This document shows, one piece after another, positions 18,874-28,225 of a stretch of DNA of 64,000 nt. Position 1 is the first letter of the stretch; each line of letters begins with the position of its first letter. The notes under the pieces were generated by a model, which saw nothing but the letters and a program-made list of their open reading frames with translations, searched no databases and had not been told where the DNA came from. The stretch lies in assembly GCA_003140935.1 (NCBI GenBank), contig PLLJ01000011.1:2634-66633 (forward strand), written 5' to 3'. Position numbers and translations under genes: made by a program. The stretch is from Candidatus Omnitrophota bacterium. GTDB taxonomy: Bacteria; Omnitrophota; Omnitrophia; Omnitrophales; Aquincolibacteriaceae.

Positions 18874-19063
18874 AAGTTCATTGTGGAATATTGTACCTTA
18901 CTTCCAGGAAAAAACGATACCCTTCTTTCTCTGACAAGATTAAAATAAGCCCGGTTTCGCCGACAATGTTCCACACCCGTTGTAAATATTAGACTTATAT
19001 ATGATGCACCGGATGTGGCAAGGGCGGCTACTTGCCCCCTGCATCCCAAAAAAGGAGACTGTT

Positions 19064-19459
19064 ATGCCTACCGTTTTCACCAAAATCCTTGCGGGAGAAA
19101 TTCCCGCCCACAAGATCCTCGAAAACGACGAATATCTCGCGTTCCTCGATATCCGTCCCATAAATCCCGGCCACACGCTCGTCATTCCAAAACAAGAGAT
19201 CGATTATATCTTTGATATTGAAGACGACCTTTTAAAGGGGCTCGTCGTCTTCGCTAAGAAGGTCGCCAAGGCCCTTGGCAAGACCATCCCCTGTAAGAAG
19301 GTCGGCGTAATGGTCGCAGGGTTGGAAGTCCCTCACGCCCACATTCATCTGATCCCGATCATAGAAAGTCTTGCTGAGCTTAATTTCGCGCGCGCAAAAG
19401 CCATGCCCCAGGAAGAACTTGCCGTGATCGCTGCCAAGATGCGGGCAAATCTAAAGTAG
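19064..19459 (+). CDS. HIT family protein
   Basis: Motifs VFTKILAGEIP, AFLDIRPINPGHTLVIPK and VPHAHIHLIP; AAGGAG RBS. Confidence 0.93.
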   Translation: MPTVFTKILAGEIPAHKILENDEYLAFLDIRPINPGHTLVIPKQEIDYIFDIEDDLLKGLVVFAKKVAKALGKTIPCKKVGVMVAGLEVPHAHIHLIPIIESLAELNFARAKAMPQEELAVIAAKMRANLK

Positions 19460-19461
19460 GT

Positions 19462-20058
19462 TCAGGCGGTTTTCAGGAAAGCTGAGAGAAGTTCGCGGTA
19501 GGTGTGCGTGACCGGAAATCTCGGAAATTGGCGAACGATCTTCTCGGGAGGACGAAAGAGTATCCCATGGTCGGCGGTCCGGAGCATGGCGATGTCGTTA
19601 TAGGAATCCCCCGCGGCGACAACCTTGAACCCGAGACCTTGGATCCCCCGCACAGCTTCTTTCTTGCCATTTTTTTGACGTAAATGGTAATTCGCAATAA
19701 AACCTTTGGGGTTCACCGAAAGCCAATTGCAAAAAAGGGTCGGGTATCCCATTTTTTTCATCATCGGTCCGGCAAATTCGTAATAAGTGTCGGAAAGAAT
19801 GATGACCTGATATCTTTTCTGGAGTTTTCGCAAGAATTCCTTCGCCCCCGGGAGTGGGTTCATGCGCTTGATCACAGCCTGAATATCGCAAAGCTTGATC
19901 CCTTCTTTCTTCAGGATCGCAAGCCGGTAGCGCATGAGCTTATCGTAGTCAGGTTCATCGCGCGTGGTGATCTCCAGCGCTTGGATGCCGGTCTTCCTTG
20001 CGACGTTGATCCATATCTCCGGGATCAACACGCCTTCCAGATCAAGACAACAGATCAT
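19462..20058 (-). CDS. thrH: Phosphoserine phosphatase / homoserine phosphotransferase ThrH
   Basis: HAD motifs CLDLEGVLIPEIW, TTRDEPDYD, ILSDTYYEF and AAGDSYND. Confidence 0.93.
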   Translation of the reverse strand: MICCLDLEGVLIPEIWINVARKTGIQALEITTRDEPDYDKLMRYRLAILKKEGIKLCDIQAVIKRMNPLPGAKEFLRKLQKRYQVIILSDTYYEFAGPMMKKMGYPTLFCNWLSVNPKGFIANYHLRQKNGKKEAVRGIQGLGFKVVAAGDSYNDIAMLRTADHGILFRPPEKIVRQFPRFPVTHTYRELLSAFLKTA

Positions 20059-20176
20059 GTTTTACTCCTCCGATCGGTTCGAGGCGGGAATTATATCCGA
20101 ACGCGGAATCTTTGAGAAACAATCTTTTGCTGCATCTCAATGCGGACGATTGATAATCCCCATGTAAGGGCGCGTG

Positions 20177-20965
20177 CTATGCAAAATGGTTCACGGGACC
20201 CATACCCTGCCCGATGCCGGGACCCGTGCGAATGGCGCGTGTAATGAACTTTTTGGCGAGCGTGATCGCTGAAAAAAGGTCCTTTCCTTTGGCGAGCTCG
20301 GCGGTAATAGCCGCAGAATATGTGCAGCCGGTCCCATGCGTTTGCTGTGTCCTGATCCGGGGAGCTTTGAATCTATGGATCTGACCTTCTCGCCATAAAA
20401 GATCCATGGCTTCCCCCGGAAGATGGCCACCCTTGACAAGCACCGCTTGAGGACCGAATCCTGCGATGATCCGTGCGGCTTTTTCCATGGACTCCGGATC
20501 ACGAACCTTGATCCCGCTCAAAACTCCGGCTTCACCAAGATTGGGCGTGATCAAAGCGGCATAAGGCAGCAGTTCTTTGATGAAAATATGAACATCGCTT
20601 CGCTTGAAAAGCGGCGCACCGTGTTTGCTCACCATGACCGGATCCACCACGAGTGGAAACCGGAATTTTCTGGCCGCCCTCGCGACCGCCCGGAGAACCT
20701 TTGCATCCCCCAGCGCTCCCGTCTTGGCCGCTTGAGGCGGGATGTCCGTAAGCACGGCTTCGAGTTGGCGAATCACTTGGGTGGGTTTCATTACGTAAAC
20801 GGCCTGGATGCCGCGTGTGTTCTGAGCTGTGAGAAGCGTGATCACCGCCATTCCGTAGACCTTATGCTGGTGAAAGGTCTTGAGATCGGCTTGAATGCCA
20901 GCTCCGCCTGAAGGATCGGAACCGGCGATGGAAAGCGCCCTCGGAATTACTTGTGTCGCGTTCAT
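20177..20965 (-). CDS. thiD: Hydroxymethylpyrimidine / phosphomethylpyrimidine kinase
   Basis: Motifs IAGSDPSGGAGIQADLKT, VVDPVM and THGTGCTYSAAI. Confidence 0.95.
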   Translation of the reverse strand: MNATQVIPRALSIAGSDPSGGAGIQADLKTFHQHKVYGMAVITLLTAQNTRGIQAVYVMKPTQVIRQLEAVLTDIPPQAAKTGALGDAKVLRAVARAARKFRFPLVVDPVMVSKHGAPLFKRSDVHIFIKELLPYAALITPNLGEAGVLSGIKVRDPESMEKAARIIAGFGPQAVLVKGGHLPGEAMDLLWREGQIHRFKAPRIRTQQTHGTGCTYSAAITAELAKGKDLFSAITLAKKFITRAIRTGPGIGQGMGPVNHFA

Positions 20966-21028
20966 TTTTTAGGGGATCGTGGTATGGTGGGCATCCTCGA
21001 TGGAAGTCATAAATTCCATGGGGATACT

Positions 21029-21517
21029 CTACTCAAGAACTTGTTTGAAAAACTCGACGAACATTTCTGGCGTGACGCCGGTCGGAAGTTTGACGGGCCT
21101 ACCAGGCTGGGGCGGGTGAAGGAAAAAAGAAGGATATCCCTGAACCCTGTACTGAAACGCGATATCATCCTCGCGCCTTCCGGATTCGGGGTTGATATTG
21201 ACCTTGATCATGTCCTTCATCATATCTATGACAAGGGGTGACGACAGCACCCCTTTTTCGAACTTGCGGCAATAAGGGCACCACCCGACGTTCATGTAAA
21301 CGACCATCGGTTTATTGGTCCTCTTGTATTCTTCGACCGCCTGGTCATACCCGGAGGCACCCTGGTACCAACCTTCGGACCATTGACCCGTAGCCTGCGT
21401 CCCGACAGGCGCTGAAACGGATGGCTCATGCGACGCTTGAGGATCCGCGGCGTAGCTTCCCGGCCCCATAAGTAAAAAAGAGAGCAAAAAAAGTGAAGCG
21501 ATCTTTTTAAAATTCAC
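21029..21517 (-). CDS. Exported thioredoxin-fold protein
   Basis: Signal peptide, WCPYC motif and VQGYP cis-Pro; start uncertain. Confidence 0.8.
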   Translation of the reverse strand: MNFKKIASLFLLSFLLMGPGSYAADPQASHEPSVSAPVGTQATGQWSEGWYQGASGYDQAVEEYKRTNKPMVVYMNVGWCPYCRKFEKGVLSSPLVIDMMKDMIKVNINPESGRREDDIAFQYRVQGYPSFFLHPPQPGRPVKLPTGVTPEMFVEFFKQVLE

Positions 21518-21683
21518 AAAACCCCCGAGATATTTTTTGTATTCTAACATGGAGTCTTCCGGAAAATACGTTTCTTTTCGAGCCCCAACCCACCTATTCA
21601 TTCGGACAAGGCTGAGACGACATGCGGACCCTTAAAATAAAAAGATGCTCAGTTGCGGAGCTTCCGGTTCCGGGGCAAAGTCC

Positions 21684-22133
21684 TCACACTATCTGACCCG
21701 ACTTCATGAGCCGCTCCAGGAACGAAGCTACGAACGTCATGGCCGCGATCGATAAAAGCGCGATGCCAATCACGACGATGGTCCAGACGATCTTCGCCCG
21801 GGGCGAGAATTTCTGGCTCTGCCACAAGAGAGGGATGGCGAATGGACCGACCAAGAAGAGCATCGCGATCACGTAAGGAATGGTATCTCCTGAAAAAGTC
21901 CGCGGCCGGCCTGAAGCGGTCTGAAAGGCATCCAAGGCCGCAGGGATCATTACAGCAAGATAGATCCCCCCCATTAAAAAACAGGCTACGGCTGTATGGC
22001 TGATGATCAGACTCACCACCACTCCGGCCCCCATACATAAAAACGTCCACCCCTTGGCGCGCTCGCCAAGGTAGATCTGACCGAGGCCTGGAACAACCAC
22101 GGAGTAAAATAAGGCGAGACGAGGATCTTTCAT
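21684..22133 (-). CDS. Membrane protein with TM2/DUF5683-like PGLGQ motif
   Basis: SVVVPGLGQIYLG and several TMs; ATGA overlap with the upstream PDZ gene. Confidence 0.65.
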   Translation of the reverse strand: MKDPRLALFYSVVVPGLGQIYLGERAKGWTFLCMGAGVVVSLIISHTAVACFLMGGIYLAVMIPAALDAFQTASGRPRTFSGDTIPYVIAMLFLVGPFAIPLLWQSQKFSPRAKIVWTIVVIGIALLSIAAMTFVASFLERLMKSGQIV

Positions 22134-23161
22134 GTAGGAGCTTGATTGCCGGCAGGTGATATTTTCTTTTCGAGAATCTTCCCGCTCCGTTCGACCTGGA
22201 ATGTTTGTGTCGTTCCATCTGTTTGGGCCAGAATCGCACGATAATAGCCCACCCAACTGTCGAGCAGGAGGTTATTCTGTTTGCGCAGGATATCCCCCGG
22301 CAAAAATCCTTCCCGCGCTGCCGGAGAACCGGCGCGCACGCTTGTGATCTTAAACCGGAGTGTTTTGGGATCACGCTCCACATGAAATCCCATATGCGGG
22401 GCATCGGAATTGAGGAAGAAAATCCTGATAGGGAGTTCCAACTCCCCTTCCTTTCGAAGGACCATGAATTTCTTGAGAGATTCACCCGGAATATTCAAAA
22501 AGAATCCGAAAAGATTCCCGGGGGTCACTTCCTGACCCGAGATCTTGACGAGAACATCCCCATTACGAAGTCCCTGCTCATAGGCGAGCGTTGAGGGATC
22601 GGCCCCTGCGATGAAATAATGCGCCGTCTTGTCATCATAATGAAGGTCGCAACCCAGGATCACGCTTTTGATGGCCGGAAACTTCGCCTCCACAAGCCGC
22701 TCATTAATATTCTTGCCCAGCAATCCTTCGAACCTGCCGCGAGACCCGTCTTGCTTCCGGAAGCCCTTGGACGAAAGACCGGTTTTTCTTTTAAAATAAG
22801 CCCGGATTCCCACGACGGTCATGGTCGGATCTTTTTCCAAAACGCCGATCTCAAGCGCGCAAAACCCGCTTGAGAACAAGCTCGGAGCTTTGGCCCATTC
22901 TTTGTACTCTTTTTTATACAGGGGAAATGTCGCGGATTGGATATAACCCCGGGCTTTGTCGGCCGTCGCAATCGGGATCTTCTCGGCCTTCAACGTCGCG
23001 AGCGTGGCATTCCAGACCTCTTCAAAATTCCCCGGCAACGGGAATGAGCGGCCTTCGGAATTCGAGGAAGAGAGGGAAAATCCGGAAAAAAGAAGGTATA
23101 AAAAAAGCAGGCCGCAGAGTTCCCACGGCCTGCCTTTTTTAAAAGAAAGAGCGGATCCCAA
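22130..23161 (-). CDS. Exported PDZ-domain protein
   Basis: Signal peptide; two PDZ-like segments (STLAYEQGLRNGDVLVKI and VRAGSPAAREGFLPGDIL). Confidence 0.7.
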   Translation of the reverse strand: MGSALSFKKGRPWELCGLLFLYLLFSGFSLSSSNSEGRSFPLPGNFEEVWNATLATLKAEKIPIATADKARGYIQSATFPLYKKEYKEWAKAPSLFSSGFCALEIGVLEKDPTMTVVGIRAYFKRKTGLSSKGFRKQDGSRGRFEGLLGKNINERLVEAKFPAIKSVILGCDLHYDDKTAHYFIAGADPSTLAYEQGLRNGDVLVKISGQEVTPGNLFGFFLNIPGESLKKFMVLRKEGELELPIRIFFLNSDAPHMGFHVERDPKTLRFKITSVRAGSPAAREGFLPGDILRKQNNLLLDSWVGYYRAILAQTDGTTQTFQVERSGKILEKKISPAGNQAPT

Positions 23162-23165
23162 AGAA

Positions 23166-23543
23166 TTAACGCTCGAGTTTCTCGCCCTTCATCGCCACCT
23201 CAGGACCCACCGGAACCTTTAAGTAAGCGTCCGAAGCACTCCAGATGTGGTTGAACATCAGGATCCCGATACCCACCCAGATGACGGGATAGCCCACGAG
23301 CGTTCCAAGCAGGATCGTGGTCACGATGCCGCCGATCTCGAGAACGATCATGGCGCCGGTCTTGATCTTGCCGCTCTTGGTGTCCATTTCGTTGTTCAGG
23401 TATTGCCCCCAACCCGGCAGCACCAACGACGCCGCACCGCGGGTCAGGCTCTTGTCTGAGTTATTTTCTGCGGCATAAGCTACACCGCTTACGGCCATAA
23501 ACAAAGCCAAGACCACCGTCATACTAATAATCTTCTTGAACAT
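23166..23543 (-). CDS. Membrane hypothetical protein (PGWGQ motif)
   Basis: Signal peptide, ASLVLPGWGQY, two TMs and WSASDAY; AGGAGG RBS. Confidence 0.7.
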   Translation of the reverse strand: MFKKIISMTVVLALFMAVSGVAYAAENNSDKSLTRGAASLVLPGWGQYLNNEMDTKSGKIKTGAMIVLEIGGIVTTILLGTLVGYPVIWVGIGILMFNHIWSASDAYLKVPVGPEVAMKGEKLER

Positions 23544-23666
23544 AATCCCCTCCTTTGGTTTATTTTTATGACGTCTCTAGTTATCGACTATTTCCCAAGA
23601 AGTTTAATTGCAAGCCTGGGCCGCGTCAAGAATCACTTTTAAGTTGAAAATCGACGCACCGCGGAT

Positions 23667-25634
23667 CTATTTGCTTGGTATAAGCCCGAATGTAAAACCT
23701 GTTTTTACCTTAGCGATAAGCTCGGGAAGCACTTCCTGATAATCGCGAACGATGCCGAAATCCGCATGGCGGAAGATCGCGGCCTGGGGATCTTGGTTGA
23801 TGGCGATGATCTTGCCGGATTCTTTCATCCCTGCGAGATGCTGGATGGCCCCGGAGATCGCGACGGCGATATAGATCTTCGGGCGAATGGTCTTTCCGGT
23901 CTGTCCGACCTGACGCGCATAGGGTACATAACCGTTATCCACCGCATGGCGGCTCGCGCCCCAATCCGCGTTAATGCCCTGATCTTGTAAAGCCCTCGCG
24001 AGCTCCTGAACAAGCTTGAAATTGTCGTGATCGCCGGCCGGACGGCCTCCGGAAATAACGATATCCGCCACGAAAAGGTTATCGCCGCCTCCCGCCTCGC
24101 GTTTGACCTCGATCACCTCCACCGCGAAATCGCTGTCCCTGAAAGTGGGCGTAAATTCGCGCACGGTCCCTTTCCGGCTCGTGTCTTTTGGCAAAATTTT
24201 AAAAGTCCCGGAACGCGCGGTCGCCATCTGCGGGCACCAGAATCCGATGATCGTAGCTAGTTTGCTCTCCCCGTAAGTCGGACGGATGGATTCGAGACAC
24301 GGATAAAAAATAGTTTTTTTCATGCGGTGCGCATATTCCCCGATCTTGAGACTTGTACAGTCGGCCGTCACACCTGCCTTCACCCGGCTCGCGATACGCG
24401 GCGCGAGCTCGCGTCCTGAAGTGGTCGCACCGAAAAGCGCGATCTCGGGACGTTTATGTTCCATCCATTGTGTGAGAACGGCGGCCACCGGCAAGATCCT
24501 GTACTCTTTGAGTCGAGGGTCATCGACCACAACGACTTCGTCGGCACCGTGCGCGATGATCTCAGAAGCCACATCCTTGATGTTATGTCCGGTCACGACT
24601 GCCGTCACCTGGGTCCCAAGTTGATCCGCCAGTTTCCGGGCGGGGTTCAGGATCTCAAGGGAAGAACGCGCCGGCGTTTGTCCGTGCATTTCGATCCAGG
24701 TTAAAACGCCTCGCGCTCCTTTTCGGAAATCCACTCTTGGAAAATCCACATCAGCTTTGGCTTTTTCCCCCGCGGCGCTTTTTTCATCTCCGGCTCCCGT
24801 ATGTTCCCCATGGCCTCCGCCGATCGTGTCCTTGATCTTTTCGATCTCGGACACAAGAGCTTCCGCAAGGTCTTTGGGCTCATGACCGGAGACCATGTTG
24901 ACCGGCGGCCTGTTTTTTAGAATGTCCACGACCTTCGACACGAGCGTCGGTGAACCATTAAGACCTACCACGCTGGCATCAGCCCCGGTTTGATCAAGCG
25001 ACCAAACCTCCGTCTTGGTGTTCTTCGCACGGATCGCTCCTTTGAGCGAGGGATGGCGCGCCGGGGTCGCGGTCGGGGCAATAGAAATAAGACACGGGAT
25101 AGGAACTTTGAGGACCTGAAACCCCCCTTCGATGATGCGACGGACCTTCAGATGGTCTCCTTTGTACTCTACTTTTTCTACAAAGGTCGCTTGAGGGATC
25201 CCGAGATTTTCGGCCGTCTGGGAAGGCACATGCGCCGTATCCCCGTCTGTCGTCTGGCGTCCGGAGAAAATGATGAACGGATCCTTGCCTTCTTTGGAGA
25301 ATCCGAGTTTTTTGAGAAGCGAGGCGATCGCATAGCCGGTGGCGAACGTATCCGACCCCCCAAGCTTTCTGTCCGAAAGAAGTACCGCGCGATCGTACCC
25401 CATGGCCAAGGCTTTTTTAAGTGATTGCTCGAAACTCATCGGCCCCATCGAAACCACGATCAATTCCGCGTCCGGAACATACTTTTTGATCTGTAGCCCT
25501 TGCTCCAGACCGAACGTGCAGTCCGCGTTGATCGAAGACTTTGCCTTCGTGCGGTCCATAAGCCCGTCCGCACCCATCCGCATCTCGGTCGGAAGCGGCA
25601 CTTGCTTCATGATGGTAATGATCTTCAGTCCCAT
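23667..25634 (-). CDS. Fused electron transfer flavoprotein beta-alpha (FixA-FixB-like)
   Basis: N-terminal EtfB (KQVP, SMGP, GSDTFAT, GRQTTDGDTAHVP), a linker, then EtfA (GRELAPRIA, TADCT, QVGQTG, ISGAIQHLAGM). Confidence 0.9.
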   Translation of the reverse strand: MGLKIITIMKQVPLPTEMRMGADGLMDRTKAKSSINADCTFGLEQGLQIKKYVPDAELIVVSMGPMSFEQSLKKALAMGYDRAVLLSDRKLGGSDTFATGYAIASLLKKLGFSKEGKDPFIIFSGRQTTDGDTAHVPSQTAENLGIPQATFVEKVEYKGDHLKVRRIIEGGFQVLKVPIPCLISIAPTATPARHPSLKGAIRAKNTKTEVWSLDQTGADASVVGLNGSPTLVSKVVDILKNRPPVNMVSGHEPKDLAEALVSEIEKIKDTIGGGHGEHTGAGDEKSAAGEKAKADVDFPRVDFRKGARGVLTWIEMHGQTPARSSLEILNPARKLADQLGTQVTAVVTGHNIKDVASEIIAHGADEVVVVDDPRLKEYRILPVAAVLTQWMEHKRPEIALFGATTSGRELAPRIASRVKAGVTADCTSLKIGEYAHRMKKTIFYPCLESIRPTYGESKLATIIGFWCPQMATARSGTFKILPKDTSRKGTVREFTPTFRDSDFAVEVIEVKREAGGGDNLFVADIVISGGRPAGDHDNFKLVQELARALQDQGINADWGASRHAVDNGYVPYARQVGQTGKTIRPKIYIAVAISGAIQHLAGMKESGKIIAINQDPQAAIFRHADFGIVRDYQEVLPELIAKVKTGFTFGLIPSK

Positions 25635-25635
25635 A

Positions 25636-27321
25636 TTAGAGATTCTCGTATTCCGGTCCGTCGCCGCCATACGGCACGGCCCATTCAATGTTCCCAAACG
25701 GATCTTTGATGTCGCAGGTCTTGCAGTGCACGCAATTGGCCGGATGAAGATGAAGATCTTTTTTCCCGGTCTTTGGATCCGTCACGATCTCATAAACCTC
25801 GGCCGGACAGAAATGCTGGCATGGCCCGCCGTATTTCGGGATACAAACATTCCGGCAAAGTTCAAGATCCGGCACGTGAAGATGGCACGGTTGCTCTTCG
25901 TCGTGTTTGGAACCGGAGAAAAAAACGTCGGTCACTTTGTCGAACGTCAATTGTTTATCGAAAACGAGCTCTCTCGCGAACTTCTTGCAAAATGGTTTTT
26001 TGACATCTGAGAGTTTCTGATAACAGGCTGCATCCTCGTGCGTCTTCATTTTCCCCGACGGCGTGATGCCGCGTCCGCCTGTCAATATTTGCATCGCGAA
26101 ATGGAATGCCCCCAAGATCATGCCATGCCCGAACCCGGCGCGGAAATTGCGCGTGCGGGACAAGGTTTTGAACGCAGCGCTTTCCTTGAACAATTTCCCG
26201 TAAAGACCGAGTTTCTTCGCTGAAAAATCATTTTCTTTTAAGGCGATGAATGCGGCTTTCGCGGCCAGCATCCCGGACTCGATCGCGAGATGAACGCCCT
26301 TCAGGCTGGGCATACTGAGAAATCCGGCGGAGTCCCCGACGATCATGACCCCGTCATGATAGAGCTTGGGAAGTGAGTAAAGACCGCCCTCCGGGATCGT
26401 CTTGGCGCCATATCGCAGGAGTTTACCTTTTTCGAAGATCTTCGCGATGAAAGGATGTTTTTTATAAACCTGAAGTGCCGCGTGGGAATCGAACGTGGGA
26501 TCCGTATAGTCCAGCCCCGCTGCGATCCCGACCACGACCTGGCGTCCGTTCAAGCCGTAAACGAAACCGCCGCCGAAGTGATTAAACTCGAAAGGATAGC
26601 CAAGGGTGTGCATGATACGTCCGGCCTCAAAGGTCCCTTCCGGAAGGTCCCAAAGTTCTTTGACGCCTGTGGAATAAACCTGTGGGTTAGTGTCCTTGTC
26701 TAATTCCAATTTACGACAAAGCGCTTTGGTCAGGCTGCCGCGGGGTCCTTCGGCTAAGATTGTGATCTTGGCGCGGATCTCATTACCCGCCTGAAAATTA
26801 TCCATCGGATGTCCATGCTTATCCACCCCGGTATCGATCGTTTTCGCCCCGATGACGCGGCCGTTCTCATAGAGCATTTCGGAGACGCTGAACCCCGGAT
26901 AGACTTGCACACCTTTTTTTTCCGCGATCTCGGCCAGCCACCGCGTCATTTTTCCCAGAGAGACCACGAAATTCCCGTGATTCCCCATGAAAGGAGGCGT
27001 GAAAGGAGCTTTTAAGGCAAGCTTGGGTGTCAAAAAATAAACACCTTCTTTTTTGACGGGAGATTCGAAAGGAAAATCTTTGGGGTCGACTCCGGGAAGG
27101 AGGTCTTTCAACGTGGACGGATCGATCACGGCGCCGGAAAGCGTGTGGCTCCCGATCGAGCTTCCCTTTTCAAGGACCAGGATGTTCCAGGGAAGTTTGG
27201 CGCCCTCTTTTGGGGGAGCAGAAGCGGCTACAAGGTCCGCAAGATGGATGGCCGTCGCAAGACCCGCGACACCGCCACCCACGATCAGAATATCCGTTTC
27301 GACGATCTCAGATTTGGGCAT
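25636..27321 (-). CDS. ETF:quinone oxidoreductase (FixC-FixX type)
   Basis: Motifs VGGGVAG, EKGSSIGSHTLSGA, YGAKTIPEGG, KGVHLAIESG and CPAEVYE..NCVHCKTCDIKDP. Confidence 0.92.
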   Translation of the reverse strand: MPKSEIVETDILIVGGGVAGLATAIHLADLVAASAPPKEGAKLPWNILVLEKGSSIGSHTLSGAVIDPSTLKDLLPGVDPKDFPFESPVKKEGVYFLTPKLALKAPFTPPFMGNHGNFVVSLGKMTRWLAEIAEKKGVQVYPGFSVSEMLYENGRVIGAKTIDTGVDKHGHPMDNFQAGNEIRAKITILAEGPRGSLTKALCRKLELDKDTNPQVYSTGVKELWDLPEGTFEAGRIMHTLGYPFEFNHFGGGFVYGLNGRQVVVGIAAGLDYTDPTFDSHAALQVYKKHPFIAKIFEKGKLLRYGAKTIPEGGLYSLPKLYHDGVMIVGDSAGFLSMPSLKGVHLAIESGMLAAKAAFIALKENDFSAKKLGLYGKLFKESAAFKTLSRTRNFRAGFGHGMILGAFHFAMQILTGGRGITPSGKMKTHEDAACYQKLSDVKKPFCKKFARELVFDKQLTFDKVTDVFFSGSKHDEEQPCHLHVPDLELCRNVCIPKYGGPCQHFCPAEVYEIVTDPKTGKKDLHLHPANCVHCKTCDIKDPFGNIEWAVPYGGDGPEYENL

Positions 27322-27430
27322 ATGTTTATAAGATCTCTTAAGGGGAAATTAGAAAATTGAGGCGGTATTTTAACACAAACTTTCGGGTGGAAAGAGATAA
27401 AAATGCTTTAAAGTTGAAAGCGGGAACCTC

Positions 27431-28144
27431 CTAGAAAACGATCTTGAGGCTGGTCCCCAGGATATTGAGCGATGTCCATTTCGCGATAGCATTCTTGGTC
27501 GATTGACGCAGATAAAAGATCGATCCGTAAACCGGCCCCCACCAGTGGACCTTGAACCCGGAGAAGAACCGATCCTCGATCAGCCCGTTGCGCTGCGTCT
27601 CGAGAAAGGTCTCATTGGCCGTATACGGCTGAAACTCGAGCGGCGTCCATTTCCATGGGGCCGTTAAAGTCACTAGGTTCCGGTACCGCAGTGTAAATCG
27701 TGCATCCTGCCGGATCCGGAATTCCAGCATATTGCGGTCTTCGAGCGAGAACCCCTTGTACGAACATTGTGGCGTCAGATAAATCCGTGGCACTTGGTCC
27801 CAAAACCACTTATCTTGCTTCTTTATGACTCGCGTGTTACGGATCTCCTGATACTCGGCACCCATGGCCAGATATTGGAACGGTTTATAGTCCGCTCCGA
27901 GATGGGTTTCCGCGTAATAAAGCCCCGCATGATTCCGGAACCGCATCTCCTCGCCGGCCTTCATTTTCCACTGGGCATTCAACTTTTTTTCAACATCATC
28001 AATATTCCAGATCCCGAAATCCTCGTCTTTGGATGGCGAAGCGCTGGCTAAAGGAATACGGACCCCCTGGATCAGAAGCAGGGCGATCATAAAAAAGAAA
28101 ACGGCTGGAAAAATTCTTTGAGAATTTCCGAATCGAGAAATCAC
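27431..28144 (-). CDS. DUF2490-like outer-membrane beta-barrel protein
   Basis: Signal peptide, alternating beta-strand pattern, DRNMLEFR, RYRN and C-terminal Phe; start uncertain. Confidence 0.65.
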   Translation of the reverse strand: MISRFGNSQRIFPAVFFFMIALLLIQGVRIPLASASPSKDEDFGIWNIDDVEKKLNAQWKMKAGEEMRFRNHAGLYYAETHLGADYKPFQYLAMGAEYQEIRNTRVIKKQDKWFWDQVPRIYLTPQCSYKGFSLEDRNMLEFRIRQDARFTLRYRNLVTLTAPWKWTPLEFQPYTANETFLETQRNGLIEDRFFSGFKVHWWGPVYGSIFYLRQSTKNAIAKWTSLNILGTSLKIVF

Positions 28145-28225
28145 GTTGAGCCTATCTTTTCACTTCAGTTCACTATTATATGGAGAGACAGACCTCGATC
28201 GCCAGGCTATCCCCCCAGAGGTCTT

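Noticed and set aside
18963-18975. parS- or DnaA-box-like word TGTTCCACA
   Set aside because: Only a half-site of the 16 bp parS palindrome; no DnaA-box cluster or origin-associated genes nearby.
21649-22485. 278 aa minus-strand ORF overlapping two genes
   Set aside because: Alternative frame with Arg/Ser-rich composition; the PDZ and PGLGQ genes explain the region.
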